Origin: Elusimicrobiota bacterium
GTDB lineage: Bacteria; CG03
Assembly: GCA_034660675.1 (NCBI GenBank)
Contig: JAYEJT010000125.1
Location: forward strand, 1 to 41,299
Direction: 5' to 3'
DNA: 41,299 nt
Part shown: piece after piece, positions 16,806 through 27,001 of the stretch
Numbering within the stretch: the first letter of the stretch is position 1
Layout of the letters: the number at the start of each line of letters is the position of its first letter
Made by a program: the position numbers and the translations under genes
The notes under the pieces: model-generated
Seen by the model: only the letters and a program-made list of their open reading frames with translations
Database searches by the model: none
What the model was told of the DNA's origin: nothing

Positions 16806-19607
16806 TTATTTTCGGGAGCTGTTTTTGAGATACCGACCGGTAAAGGATTCGGGGCAGGAAATGATGTCTTCGGGGGGACCCTGAAAGACAAGACGGCCTC
16901 CGGCCTCGCCGCCGCCGGGGCCGAGGTCTATTATCCAGTCCGCCGTTTTTATGACATCCATGTTGTGCTCGATGACAACGACGGTGTTCCCCTTGTCAGT
17001 AAGACCGTTAAGGACGCCGAGAAGTTTTTCAATATCGGCAAAATGAAGGCCCGTCGTGGGCTCATCCAGAAAATAAAGAGTCCTGCCCGTGGAGGTCTTG
17101 CCCAGCTCCCGCGAGAGCTTCACCCTCTGCGCCTCGCCGCCCGAAAGAGTCGTTGCACTCTGCCCCAGTTTGAGATAACCCAGACCCACGTCCTGAAGCA
17201 TTTTCAGCTTGCTCATTATTCCTTTGTGTGCTGAAAAAAAATCAATCGCCTGATTAATGCTCATTTCCAGAACATCGTAGATATTCTTACCCTTGAATGT
17301 CACTTCAAGAGTCTCACTGCTGTAACGGCTGCCGCCGCAAACATCGCATTTCACATAAACATCGGGTAGAAAATTCATTTCCACTTTTATAAGACCATCT
17401 CCGCCGCAGGCCGCGCAGCGCCCGGCCTTCACATTAAAACTGAACTGCCCTGCTTTATAGCCGCGGGACCGGGCAAGAGGCATGGCCGCGAAAAGAGCCC
17501 TGATTTCACCCCATGCTTTTGTGTAGGTGGCGGGATTGGAACGGGGCGTTCTTCCTATGGGCGACTGATCTATGACAAGGGCCTTGTCTATTTTTTCAAA
17601 ACCCTCTATCGAACAGTGAACCCCCGGCTCTTCCCTGCTGTCATAAAGTTTTTTTCGCAGTGAACGCATTAAAATATCGTCAATCAATGTGGATTTTCCC
17701 GAGCCCGACACCCCGGTCACGCAGGTGAAAACACCAACCGGGATATCAACGTCTATGTTCTTTAAATTGAACTGTTTCGCGCCTTTTATCCTGAGGAAAC
17801 CCCTATTCCGCCTTTTTGTTTTTTTGACGGCAACGGGATTCCTGAGATATTTTCCGGTGAGGGATTTTTCACTTTTGAGCATGGCCTTCGGGGTTCCTTC
17901 GAATACGACCTCGCCCCCCAGAACTCCGGCGCCGGGTCCGAGCTCTATGATCCAGTCGGCCTCGCGCATCACAGCTTCTTCATGCTCCACAACGCAGACG
18001 CTGTTTCCGGTGTCCCTCAGTTTCATGAGATTTTCCATGAGAGCGTGAATGTCCTTCTGGTGCAGACCTATGGTTGGCTCGTCCAGAACATAAAGAACGC
18101 CTGACAGCCCCGAACCTATCTGCGTGGCGAGCCTTATTCTTTGAGCCTCACCGCGGGAAAGCGTACGCGTCGCTCTGGAAAGCGTGATATAATCAAGCCC
18201 CACGCCTGAAATAAAACCGAGACGGGAATTTATCTCTTTAAGCAGAGGCTGCGCTATTTTCGCGGCTGCGCCTTTAAAAGAAAGAGACAGAAAAAATTTT
18301 CTGATGTCTGAAACGGGCATATCACAAACATCCGCTATTGATTTTCCTCCCACTTTCACGGCAAGGATTTCATCTTTTAGCCTCTTTCCCGAACAGGCGG
18401 GACAAATCTGTTTTCTCATATACAGACGCGAAAGTTCGTCCCTGACAAAATCCGATTCCGTGGAAGCAAATCTTTCTTTGAGAGATGTGACAAGCCCCTT
18501 GTAGGGCGAAGCAAAATTTAAAAGCGGCACGGTGCCGTGAAGCACAAAATCCCTCTGTTTTTTGGTCAGCTTTTTCCATTTCACATCCATAGGGATATTC
18601 CTAATACCGCAGGCTTCCTCAAGTTTTCCATAATAGTATCCACGGGCGGAATGCACCCATCTGTGCGTGCGGGTGGTAACAGGAGAAAACCACGGAATAA
18701 GCGCGCCTCCGGCCAGCGTCAACTCAGCGTTAACAGCAAGATTCTCGTCCACGCTCATCACCTCGCCCAGACCCGTACATTCAGGACACGCTCCGTAAGG
18801 ACTGTTAAAAGAAAAAGCCCGCGGTGACAAATCCTTTATGCTCAAACCGCAGTGAACGCAGGTGTGATGCACGCTGTAAAGCTTAACCTTTTTTCCGGAA
18901 ACAAGTTCGCACACACCGTCCGAAAGAGCCAGCGCAGCGTTGAGAGAATCAGCCAGCCTTTCCTTTCCCGCGCGAAACCTGTCTATTATCACACTGATAT
19001 CGTGTTTCTTTTTTTTATCCAGTTTGATTTCGCCGTCGAGGTCACGGACACTCCCGTCAACCGTCACGGAAGCAAAACCCTCTTTCCTCAGCTTAAGAAA
19101 AAGTTCTGAGAAAGCCCCCTTCTTTCCGCTGACGACATTTGAGCGCAGCTCTATCTCTTTACCCTCGTATGACGAGAGGATATCGCTGATAATCTCGTCG
19201 GGAGACAACCCTTTTATCACTCTTCCGCATTTCGGACAGTGGGGGATTCCCACACGCGCGAAAAGCACTCTCATAAAATCATGTATTTCGGTTGATGTCG
19301 CCACCGTCGAGCGGGGATTGGCGGAACCGCCTTTTTCCTCAATGGCTATGGCGGGAGAAAGATTGCTTATGCTCTCCACATCCGGTTTCTGAAGCTGTTG
19401 GAGAAATTGCCGCGCGTAAGCCGAAAGAGATTCCACATAGCGCCTCTGTCCCTCTGCGTAGAGCGTGTCAAAGGCCAGAGAGGACTTCCCCGAACCTGAC
19501 AAACCGCAAATGACGACAAAACTGTTTTTCGGAATACTGAGATTTATACCCTTGAGGTTGTGGGTACGGGCGCGGACAATGACAATATCGTCTGAACTTT
19601 TTTTCAT
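16806..19607 (-). CDS. uvrA: Excinuclease ABC subunit A
   Basis: Two ABC ATPase modules (GLSGSGKSS, GVSGSGKST), EGQRRYVESLS, FSFNSPYGAC and zinc fingers. Confidence 0.97.
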   Translation of the reverse strand: MKKSSDDIVIVRARTHNLKGINLSIPKNSFVVICGLSGSGKSSLAFDTLYAEGQRRYVESLSAYARQFLQQLQKPDVESISNLSPAIAIEEKGGSANPRSTVATSTEIHDFMRVLFARVGIPHCPKCGRVIKGLSPDEIISDILSSYEGKEIELRSNVVSGKKGAFSELFLKLRKEGFASVTVDGSVRDLDGEIKLDKKKKHDISVIIDRFRAGKERLADSLNAALALSDGVCELVSGKKVKLYSVHHTCVHCGLSIKDLSPRAFSFNSPYGACPECTGLGEVMSVDENLAVNAELTLAGGALIPWFSPVTTRTHRWVHSARGYYYGKLEEACGIRNIPMDVKWKKLTKKQRDFVLHGTVPLLNFASPYKGLVTSLKERFASTESDFVRDELSRLYMRKQICPACSGKRLKDEILAVKVGGKSIADVCDMPVSDIRKFFLSLSFKGAAAKIAQPLLKEINSRLGFISGVGLDYITLSRATRTLSRGEAQRIRLATQIGSGLSGVLYVLDEPTIGLHQKDIHALMENLMKLRDTGNSVCVVEHEEAVMREADWIIELGPGAGVLGGEVVFEGTPKAMLKSEKSLTGKYLRNPVAVKKTKRRNRGFLRIKGAKQFNLKNIDVDIPVGVFTCVTGVSGSGKSTLIDDILMRSLRKKLYDSREEPGVHCSIEGFEKIDKALVIDQSPIGRTPRSNPATYTKAWGEIRALFAAMPLARSRGYKAGQFSFNVKAGRCAACGGDGLIKVEMNFLPDVYVKCDVCGGSRYSSETLEVTFKGKNIYDVLEMSINQAIDFFSAHKGIMSKLKMLQDVGLGYLKLGQSATTLSGGEAQRVKLSRELGKTSTGRTLYFLDEPTTGLHFADIEKLLGVLNGLTDKGNTVVVIEHNMDVIKTADWIIDLGPGGGEAGGRLVFQGPPEDIISCPESFTGRYLKNSSRK

Positions 19608-21265
19608 AAAACCGAGGCTTTGCCCCGTTTCTTTTTTACGACGGTGTCTTTTTTGAATTTCGCTTTCGGCGCTCCCTGATAATCAATCATAAAATGTGTG
19701 CCGCGGGATTCTTTTCTGGACAGAGCAGATTCAATGGTTAGCTCCGCCACCTGCGCAATGTTGCGTAATTCTATCAAATCGCGCGTGACAAGAAAATTCC
19801 AGTAATAATCATCTATTTCCTCCAAAATATTTTTTATCCTGTTCCGGGCACGGACAAGACGCTTCATGCTCCTGACTATACCCACATAATTCCACATAAA
19901 ACGGCGGATCTCGTCCCAGTTATGGGAGATGACAACGGCCTCATCGGAGGGACGGGCACCATAGGTTTTCCATACGGCGATCTTCGGAATCTTCTTTTCC
20001 TCATATGCGCATTGCGAAAGAGATTCTGCGGCGCGGGAGGAAAAAACCATGGCTTCAGCAAGTGAGTTTGAAGCCAGCCTGTTCGCGCCGTGGAGCCCGG
20101 TACAGGTCGTTTCGCCGGCGGCAAAAAGATTCTTGATATCTGTCTTTGCGTTCTCATCCACAGCAATGCCGCCGCACATATAATGCGCCGCAGGCACGAC
20201 AGGAAGCGGATTCTGCGCCATGTTAAAACCGTATTTTTTCACATTGGCCAAAAGATACGGGAATTTTTTTCTTACGAAAGCGGCCCCTTTGTATGATATA
20301 TCCAGATAAACAAAGTCATCGCCCGTTTTTTTCAGAACGTCATCTATTGCCCGCGCTACAATGTCGCGCGGAGCGAGTTCCTTCATGGGATGATAGTCCT
20401 TCATAAACCTTCTGCCGGATCTGGTGAAAAGCCTGCCTCCCTCTCCGCGAACAGCTTCTGATATAAGAAAACTTTTGGCTTCCGGATGAAACAGGCATGT
20501 GGGATGGAACTGCACGAATTCCATATTGAGTATGCGGCAGCCCGCTCTGTAAGCCATGGCAATGCCGTCGCCGGTGGAGACATCCGGATTTGATGTGTAT
20601 AAATAGCTCTTCCCTGCGCCGCCCGACGCCAGAAGGGTCGCGCGGGCCTTAAAAGCCTTTATGCGCAAACTTGCCTCGTCCAGAACATAAGCGCCCCAGC
20701 AGGAAGCATTCTTTATTATCAGATTAACGGCAATGTGATTCTCAAATATTTTTATGTTTTTCCGCCGCCTCACACGCCTGACAAGAGCGTCCTCAACCGT
20801 TTTTCCCGTGTGATCATCGGCATGCACAATGCGGCGGCGGGAATGGCCTCCCTCAAGATGAAGATCGTAACCTTCCGGGCTTTTATTGAATTTCACACCG
20901 TACTCTTCCAGTTCTCTGAGACGCCCGGGCGCCTCCCTCACGACGATATCCACAATTCTCTTTTTTGACAGACCACCGCCTGTTTTCAGAGTATCCTTTT
21001 TATGGTATTCAAAAGAGTCTTTTTCGGACGTGACGCATGAAATACCGCCCTGCGCGAAAACAGTCTCCGAATCGGACAGCTTCCTCTTCGTTATAAGAGC
21101 AATTTTAAGATCACGGGGCTGTTTCAGCGCCGCTAACAGCCCCGCCAGCCCCGAACCTATTATCAGAATATCTGGGGTCAGGTCTTGACATTGGACATGT
21201 TGGCAATGGGGACGGTTCCTATTGTGGCAATAGGAACCGTCCCCATTGCTCTTTAACACTGTCAA
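19604..21265 (-). CDS. nadB: L-aspartate oxidase, with a repeat-derived N-terminal extension
   Basis: DILIIGSGLAGL, AQGGI, EGGHSRRRIVH, FVQFHPT, LAPRDIVAR, GLHGANRLASNSL. Start is uncertain (TTG 21265 or GTG 21259). Confidence 0.93.
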   Translation of the reverse strand: MTVLKSNGDGSYCHNRNRPHCQHVQCQDLTPDILIIGSGLAGLLAALKQPRDLKIALITKRKLSDSETVFAQGGISCVTSEKDSFEYHKKDTLKTGGGLSKKRIVDIVVREAPGRLRELEEYGVKFNKSPEGYDLHLEGGHSRRRIVHADDHTGKTVEDALVRRVRRRKNIKIFENHIAVNLIIKNASCWGAYVLDEASLRIKAFKARATLLASGGAGKSYLYTSNPDVSTGDGIAMAYRAGCRILNMEFVQFHPTCLFHPEAKSFLISEAVRGEGGRLFTRSGRRFMKDYHPMKELAPRDIVARAIDDVLKKTGDDFVYLDISYKGAAFVRKKFPYLLANVKKYGFNMAQNPLPVVPAAHYMCGGIAVDENAKTDIKNLFAAGETTCTGLHGANRLASNSLAEAMVFSSRAAESLSQCAYEEKKIPKIAVWKTYGARPSDEAVVISHNWDEIRRFMWNYVGIVRSMKRLVRARNRIKNILEEIDDYYWNFLVTRDLIELRNIAQVAELTIESALSRKESRGTHFMIDYQGAPKAKFKKDTVVKKKRGKASVL

Positions 21266-21276
21266 GACCTGACCCC
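21174..21276. repeat. 103-bp nested inverted repeat (REP/REPIN-like)
   Basis: Outer perfect 17-bp arms GGGGTCAGGTCTTGACA (21174-21190) and TGTCAAGACCTGACCCC (21260-21276). Inner perfect 22-bp arms at 21203-21224 and 21228-21249 with a 3-nt loop. Confidence 0.92.
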
Positions 21277-21283
21277 CCTTTTA

Positions 21284-21763
21284 TTATTTGCGGCCGCGGC
21301 TCATGGCGACAACGCCGGCCCTCACCATTTCTTTTATACCGTAGGGTCTGAGGAGTTTGAGAACCCCCTCAAGTTTGGTCTCTTTTCCGGTAAGTTCAAG
21401 CGTTATTGTGTCGGTGGACATATCCAGAATGTTCGCGCGAAAAATGTTGGCTATTTCTATTATTTCGCTCCGCGCGCTTTTGGAAGCATTCACCTTGATA
21501 AGCATCAGATCCCTGTCTATGAATTCCTCATTTTTAAAATCAATCACCTTTATCACATCCGGGAGCTTGTTGAGCTGCTTCACAACCTGCTCAAGAGTTT
21601 TGTCATCGCCTTTGACGACAATTGTCATTCTGGACACATCGTGGATTTCCGTTTCCCCCACTGTCAGCGACATTATGTTAAATGCCCGCGCCGAAAAAAG
21701 CCCCGAAATTTTAGCCAGCACCCCCGGCCTGTTCTCAACCATAGCCGCTATAGTGTGTTTCAT
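21284..21763 (-). CDS. ilvN: Acetolactate synthase small (regulatory) subunit
   Basis: VENRPGVLAKISGLFSARAFNI.SL ACT domain and EQVVKQLNKL. Confidence 0.95.
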   Translation of the reverse strand: MKHTIAAMVENRPGVLAKISGLFSARAFNIMSLTVGETEIHDVSRMTIVVKGDDKTLEQVVKQLNKLPDVIKVIDFKNEEFIDRDLMLIKVNASKSARSEIIEIANIFRANILDMSTDTITLELTGKETKLEGVLKLLRPYGIKEMVRAGVVAMSRGRK

Positions 21764-21784
21764 TTTATTTCCTCCAAATCCTTT

Positions 21785-23485
21785 TTACGCCAGCTCCAGA
21801 ATGTGGTCTATGGGGGCGCCTCCCGGCACCATTGGAGAAACGTTCTCCTCTTTCGCCACCTGAAAATCCATGACAACCGTTCCTTTTGCGGCAAGGGCTT
21901 TTTTTATCGCCCCCTCAACTCCGGATTTTTTTTCTATTCTCATGCCTGTGAGGCCGTAAGCTTCCGCCACTTTCTTGAAATCCGGCCAGTATGATTTGTT
22001 ATCGGCCATACCCAGGAGCACGCCGCTGTAACGGCGTCCGTAAAAAAGCTGCTGCCACTGCCGCACCATTCCCAGGCAGGAATTGTTCAGTATCACAACA
22101 ATAACTTTTATCCCGTAAACTTTCGCCGTGGCGAGCTCCTGTATGTTCATCTGAGTAGAACCGTCACCGGCAATATCCAGCACTTCTTTTCCGGGACAGG
22201 CCCGCTTTACGCCTATGGCGGCCGGAAGACCATAACCCATTGTGCCAAGGCCGCCGGAGGTGATAAACTGCCGCGGCTTATCGTATTTGAAAAACTGTTC
22301 CGCCCACATCTGGTGCTGCCCCACTTCCGTGGCCACTATAGCTTTTCCTTTTGTCAGTTCGTAAAATTTCTCAATGACAAACTGCGGCCTCAAAACAGAA
22401 TCTTTTTTGTACATGAGGGCTTTCTTCGACGACACTTCCAAAACCCGTTTCGTCCACACAGCGGGTTTCTTTGTAATTTTTCTTTTAGATAAAATTTCCA
22501 GCATCTGGCGGAGAACAACTTTGCAGTCACCCACAACCGGAATCTCGGTCGGCACGTTTTTGGAAATTGACGTCGGATCTATGTCTATCTGCACAACTTT
22601 CGCATGGGGGGCAAAAGCCGAAACCTTCCCCGTCACCCTGTCATCGAAACGCGCTCCCACTGCAAAAATCAGATCACAGTTCTGCAAAGCGAAATTGGCG
22701 GCCTGTGTGCCGTGCATTCCGGGCATACCTATAAAAAGTTTATCAGTGCCCGGAAAGGCGCCTATACCCATAAGAGTCAGTGTCACGGGGATCCCCAGAG
22801 ACCTTGCCAGCTGGGTCAGTTCCTTATCGGCTCCGGAGCTTATAACACCTCCGCCGGCGTATATGACCGGTTTTTCAGCCCTCATAATCGCCTCAAGCGC
22901 CGACTTTATCTGACGGGGATGTCCTTTAAAATTCGGTTTGTAACCTCTTATCACACAGTCCGGTTTTTTATCATATTCGCAAACGGCATTCTGTATATCA
23001 ACCGGTACATCAATCAGCACTGGCCCCGGACGGCCGGTGCGGGCAAGATAAAAAGCCTGCGCTATGGTTCTTGAAAGCTCTTTCACGTCGGTAATAAGAA
23101 AGTTCTGTTTGGTCACGGGCCTCGTTATCCCTGTTGTATCAGCTTCCTGAAAAGCGTCGTTCCCCACAAGGTGGGATGCAACCTGTCCGGTTATGGCAAC
23201 CATGGGTATGGAATCAAGCAGCGCCGTGGCAAGACCCGTCACAAGATTTGTGGCCCCCGGCCCGGATGTGGCAACGCACACCCCCACTTTTCCGGAAGCC
23301 CTCGCATAACCGTCGGCCATGTGGGCAGCGCCCTGCTCGTGACGGGTAAGAAAAAGTTTTATCTTTTTGTTTGAATAGAGTTTGTCAAACAAAGGTATTA
23401 CGCTGCCGCCTGGAATACCGAAAATTGTATCCACGGCTTCTCTTTCCAAACTTTTCAATATGATTTCCGCGCCACTGAGTTTCAT
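21785..23485 (-). CDS. ilvB: Acetolactate synthase large subunit
   Basis: RHEQGAAHMADGYAR, TSGPGATN, SGGLGTMGYGLP and the GDGS...NN TPP motif. Confidence 0.97.
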   Translation of the reverse strand: MKLSGAEIILKSLEREAVDTIFGIPGGSVIPLFDKLYSNKKIKLFLTRHEQGAAHMADGYARASGKVGVCVATSGPGATNLVTGLATALLDSIPMVAITGQVASHLVGNDAFQEADTTGITRPVTKQNFLITDVKELSRTIAQAFYLARTGRPGPVLIDVPVDIQNAVCEYDKKPDCVIRGYKPNFKGHPRQIKSALEAIMRAEKPVIYAGGGVISSGADKELTQLARSLGIPVTLTLMGIGAFPGTDKLFIGMPGMHGTQAANFALQNCDLIFAVGARFDDRVTGKVSAFAPHAKVVQIDIDPTSISKNVPTEIPVVGDCKVVLRQMLEILSKRKITKKPAVWTKRVLEVSSKKALMYKKDSVLRPQFVIEKFYELTKGKAIVATEVGQHQMWAEQFFKYDKPRQFITSGGLGTMGYGLPAAIGVKRACPGKEVLDIAGDGSTQMNIQELATAKVYGIKVIVVILNNSCLGMVRQWQQLFYGRRYSGVLLGMADNKSYWPDFKKVAEAYGLTGMRIEKKSGVEGAIKKALAAKGTVVMDFQVAKEENVSPMVPGGAPIDHILELA

Positions 23486-23523
23486 AAAACCTCCTATACA
23501 CCCTCGATATCTATTAACTCGGA

Positions 23524-23552
23524 ATTATAGCAATTAAAAAACTGCCGCGCAA
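23524..23552 (-). promoter_or_regulatory. Sigma70 promoter of ilvB
   Basis: TTGCGC (23552-23547), 17 nt, extended TGcTATAAT (TATAAT at 23529-23524). AGGAGG RBS downstream. Confidence 0.7.
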
Positions 23553-23640
23553 AGGACACTATTTTTTCGCGAATAAAGCCATCGGCAGATTAACCGTTTC
23601 CTGCCTCAGTTTGTTTTCGGACAATAAAAGCCCCCCGTTT

Positions 23641-23680
23641 TTATTCAGGTACAGCCCCCGTGGAAACCGTAACTGAATAA
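23641..23680 (-). other. Long stem-loop downstream of ilvD
   Basis: TTATTCAGTTACGGTTTCC-AC-GGGGGCTGTACCTGAATAA. It pairs well only as minus-strand RNA (G-U pairs) and has no clear U-tract. Confidence 0.5.
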
Positions 23681-23701
23681 CTGAAAGCCAGGCACCATAT
23701 C

Positions 23702-25351
23702 TTATTCAAGGACAGCGCCGGTGGACGCGGAAGTGACAAGGCGGCTGTATCTGGAGAGCCAACCTGTTGTTTTTTTCTTTTTCAGTTTCACTTTTTTCAA
23801 ACGCTCTTTTATTTTCTTATCGCTCAACGCGACGCTGATCTTTCTGTTTTTTATATCTATGGTGATCTTATCCCCGTTTTGGAGAATCGCTATCGGCCCG
23901 CCCTCGGCGGCTTCGGGTGAAATGTGACCTATGCAGGGCCCGCGCGTACCGCCGGAAAATCTGCCGTCCGTTATAAGAGCCACAGAAGAACTGAGACCCA
24001 TGCCCGTTATGGCCGCGGTGGGAGAGAGCATCTCGCGCATACCAGGACCGCCTTTCGGCCCTTCATATCTTATGACGACAACATCGCCTTTCTTAAGTTT
24101 TTTCCCGAGAATAGCGGACATGGCGGATTCCTCTGATTCAAAAATCCTGGCGCGGCCGGTGAATTTCATCACGGATTTGTCAACAGCGCTCTGTTTGACA
24201 ACAGCTCCGTCGGGAGCAATGTTCCCTCTGAGAATGGCTATGCCGCCTTCCTTGTGATACGCCTTTTTGAGCGGCCTTATCACATCTTCATCAATAATAT
24301 CAGCCGCGCGGGCGAGGGCTTTTACCTTTTTTCCGGACACCGTGGTGTTGTCCTTCAAAAAAGGAAGAAGCCTTTTCAGAACGCAGGGTATGCCGCCGGC
24401 AAATTCAAGGTCCTCCATAAAATACTCACCGCCCGGCCTTATATTGGTTATGTGCGGCACTTTTCTGCTGAGCTTGTCAAAAAGCTCTATACCGGCATCC
24501 ACTTTTGCCTCGTGGGCTATGGCAGGAAGATGAAGAACGGTGTTCGTAGAACCGCCCAGGGCAAGATCAGTCACAACGGCATTGTTAAACGCATTTGCGT
24601 TCATTATATCACGCGCTTTTATGTTTTTACGGACAAGCTCAACAACGCGCTCGCCTGATTCATAAGCAATCCTTTTTTTCTTTGCCATTCCCGCAATGCC
24701 CGTAGCGCATCCCGGCAGACTCATACCCATGGCCTCTATGACACAGGCCGTCGTGTTGGCCGTGTACATCCCCTGGCACGAACCCTGCCCGGGGCAGGCT
24801 TCAATTTCAAGATTGTCCAGTTCACAGCGTTTGATCTTTCCGGCCTGATAAAGCCCCACAGCCTCAAAGGTGTCTCTGACAAGAGAACGCCTCTTCCCTT
24901 TATAATTTCCGCTCATCATGGGCCCCGCCGTCACAACGATGGAAGGAATATTCAAACGGGCCGCGGCCATTAGCATACCGGGATTTATTTTATCACAGTC
25001 CGTCAGAAGAACAAGACCGTCAAGCTGATGCGCAAGCGTCACGGTCTCCACGGTATCGGCGACAAGCTCCCTGAGCGGCAGAGAATAACGCATTCCCTCA
25101 TGACCCATGGCTATACCGTCACAGACAGCAGGCACACCGAAAACAAATGAAGCCCCGCCGCCGGCGTATATGCCCTTTTCTATATGCCTTTCCAGATCCC
25201 TCATGCCGACATGGCCGGGAACAAGATCCGAAAAACTTGACGCTATTCCTATGGCGGGTTTTTTCATTTCCGATTTTGAAATCCCCGTTCCATACAAAAG
25301 AGCTCTGTTGGGCGTTCTCTCAAAACCTTTTCTCGCTTTATCGCTTCTCAT
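23702..25351 (-). CDS. ilvD: Dihydroxy-acid dehydratase
   Basis: [31 protein letters not shown] and DGRFSG. Start moved to ATG 25351 (GGAGG upstream, ATGA overlap). Confidence 0.97.
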   Translation of the reverse strand: MRSDKARKGFERTPNRALLYGTGISKSEMKKPAIGIASSFSDLVPGHVGMRDLERHIEKGIYAGGGASFVFGVPAVCDGIAMGHEGMRYSLPLRELVADTVETVTLAHQLDGLVLLTDCDKINPGMLMAAARLNIPSIVVTAGPMMSGNYKGKRRSLVRDTFEAVGLYQAGKIKRCELDNLEIEACPGQGSCQGMYTANTTACVIEAMGMSLPGCATGIAGMAKKKRIAYESGERVVELVRKNIKARDIMNANAFNNAVVTDLALGGSTNTVLHLPAIAHEAKVDAGIELFDKLSRKVPHITNIRPGGEYFMEDLEFAGGIPCVLKRLLPFLKDNTTVSGKKVKALARAADIIDEDVIRPLKKAYHKEGGIAILRGNIAPDGAVVKQSAVDKSVMKFTGRARIFESEESAMSAILGKKLKKGDVVVIRYEGPKGGPGMREMLSPTAAITGMGLSSSVALITDGRFSGGTRGPCIGHISPEAAEGGPIAILQNGDKITIDIKNRKISVALSDKKIKERLKKVKLKKKKTTGWLSRYSRLVTSASTGAVLE

Positions 25352-26952
25352 TTTTTCATCCTCCCTGCTTTTCCGCTTATTTCCCAATGCCCGCTTTTCG
25401 CCGAGCCCACGCGTTTTAATCTGCCCTGCGCTTTCAATTTTGCGATATGCCTCTCGACAGCGCGGGGAGTAACTTCTAATATTTTCGCTAAACCCGCCGC
25501 GCTTATTCGCCTATCATCACTTATAGCCCTCAAAATCTTCTCCGAACTCTTCTCCGAACCTTTCTCCGAACCTTCCTCCGAACCTTTCTCCGAACTTCTC
25601 CTTTCTTTAATGCCGGATTTAATATCTGTTTTCCAATGCCCGCTTTTCGCCGAGCCCACGCGTTTTAATCTGCCCTGCGCTTTCAATTTTGCGATATGCC
25701 TCTCGACAGCGCGGGGAGTAACTTCTAATATTTTCGCTAAACCCGCCGCGCTTATTCGCCTATCATCACTTATAGCCCTCAAAATCTTCTCCGAACTCTT
25801 CTCCGAACCTTTCTCCGAACTTCTCCTTTCTTTAATGCCTGATACCGGCCTTTGAAAAGTTATTGTAAAAAACAGATCGCTTTCTATTTTAAAAGCGGGA
25901 AGCCCTGCCTCTTTAACCGCTTTTCTCATACGATCTATCCCCGTGCCTATACGCTCCGCTTTATCCATACGGTCAAACATATCAGCAACAATTTCATTCC
26001 TTCTCACGGATATATTCATTAACACTTCAGGATTTAGCCCGTCGGGAAGATGCCCCGGATTACGTATCACAACCTTGTCTTCATGGACTTCAACCATTAT
26101 ACTTGTTCCCCGCATATTGTAATCCCGATGAATAATTGAGTTTACAACTGCCTCCCTCAAAGCTTCAATTGGAATTTCATAAATATCCCGTCTGTTTACT
26201 CCCTTTATTTCACTTCGCATATTCAAATGTTTTTGTAAAAAAATTATCGCCTCATTAAATTGTGTCAGCAAATCGTCTTTAACATCTTTACGGTCATATA
26301 TGTTAACCCTGCCTTCTCCTTTGAAAGCAACAAGAGTCATTTGGCAATGGGGTATTATATCTCTCGGCTTTTCCGCAAAGAGCAAAACCCCCGCATTTTT
26401 AATAGATCTTTTTGTTACAAGATTAAGACTTGATAAAACATCCTGCTTCACAATTTTTTTTACGGCTATTCCCGCTTCTTTAAAAAATGCTTTTATCTTT
26501 TCGGTTGAAATATCGCGCCAGGAAACATCATTATTACTTCGTTCTTCAAACGGAATATTTGCCGTGTTTTTATACACCATCCTGATTTCTTTCTGCGTCA
26601 TCTTTTGTGTTACCGCATCAAGTCTCCGGTAATAACCTGATGAACAGCTGTACGGTTTTTCGCACCCGCTTTCAACAGACACGATAACAATTTTTCCAAA
26701 ATGCTGTATTTTCTTAATTTGTATTGACGGCTCACATTTACGCGCAAGATCAATTATTTCCGCCTTCATTTTATTCGTTAACTTCTGCCCCATTATCTCG
26801 CCATTGTCCTTAACGCCTATAAATATATTACCGCCTTTTGTATTCGCAAAAGCAACAATATCCCTGACAATTTTTGAAGAATATTTCTCCTTAAACTCAA
26901 CCGAAAGACCTTCTCCTTCATTGATTATAAGATTTAGTTGACTCTCTTTCAC
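25348..26952 (-). CDS. Schlafen/AlbA_2 + HATPase_c_4 protein with a tandemly duplicated C-terminal winged HTH
   Basis: [50 protein letters not shown] and two identical HTH segments. Confidence 0.88.
   Translation of the reverse strand: MKESQLNLIINEGEGLSVEFKEKYSSKIVRDIVAFANTKGGNIFIGVKDNGEIMGQKLTNKMKAEIIDLARKCEPSIQIKKIQHFGKIVIVSVESGCEKPYSCSSGYYRRLDAVTQKMTQKEIRMVYKNTANIPFEERSNNDVSWRDISTEKIKAFFKEAGIAVKKIVKQDVLSSLNLVTKRSIKNAGVLLFAEKPRDIIPHCQMTLVAFKGEGRVNIYDRKDVKDDLLTQFNEAIIFLQKHLNMRSEIKGVNRRDIYEIPIEALREAVVNSIIHRDYNMRGTSIMVEVHEDKVVIRNPGHLPDGLNPEVLMNISVRRNEIVADMFDRMDKAERIGTGIDRMRKAVKEAGLPAFKIESDLFFTITFQRPVSGIKERRSSEKGSEKSSEKILRAISDDRRISAAGLAKILEVTPRAVERHIAKLKAQGRLKRVGSAKSGHWKTDIKSGIKERRSSEKGSEEGSEKGSEKSSEKILRAISDDRRISAAGLAKILEVTPRAVERHIAKLKAQGRLKRVGSAKSGHWEISGKAGRMKK
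25384..25839. repeat. Intragenic direct duplication (231 bp and 207 bp), each copy containing a 12-bp tandem array
   Basis: 25384-25614 matches 25633-25839 except for array length: 5 units (25538-25597) versus 3 units (25787-25822) of TTCTCCGAACYY. Confidence 0.92.
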
Positions 26953-27001
26953 GTTAAAACAATCCTGATGCCCGCCCTTTTGTTCGAATTATATATTATT
27001 T

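Noticed and set aside
21185-21265. TTGACA in each outer arm of the palindrome as -35 boxes
   Set aside because: No -10 hexamer at 16-18 nt spacing on either strand.
23486-23701. T-box or leader-peptide attenuator for ilvB
   Set aside because: No T-box consensus and no Leu/Ile/Val-rich leader. The promoter lies only ~40 nt from the start.
25538-25822. Short tandem arrays as CRISPR
   Set aside because: The 11-12 bp units have no spacers, lie inside coding sequence, and no cas genes are present.
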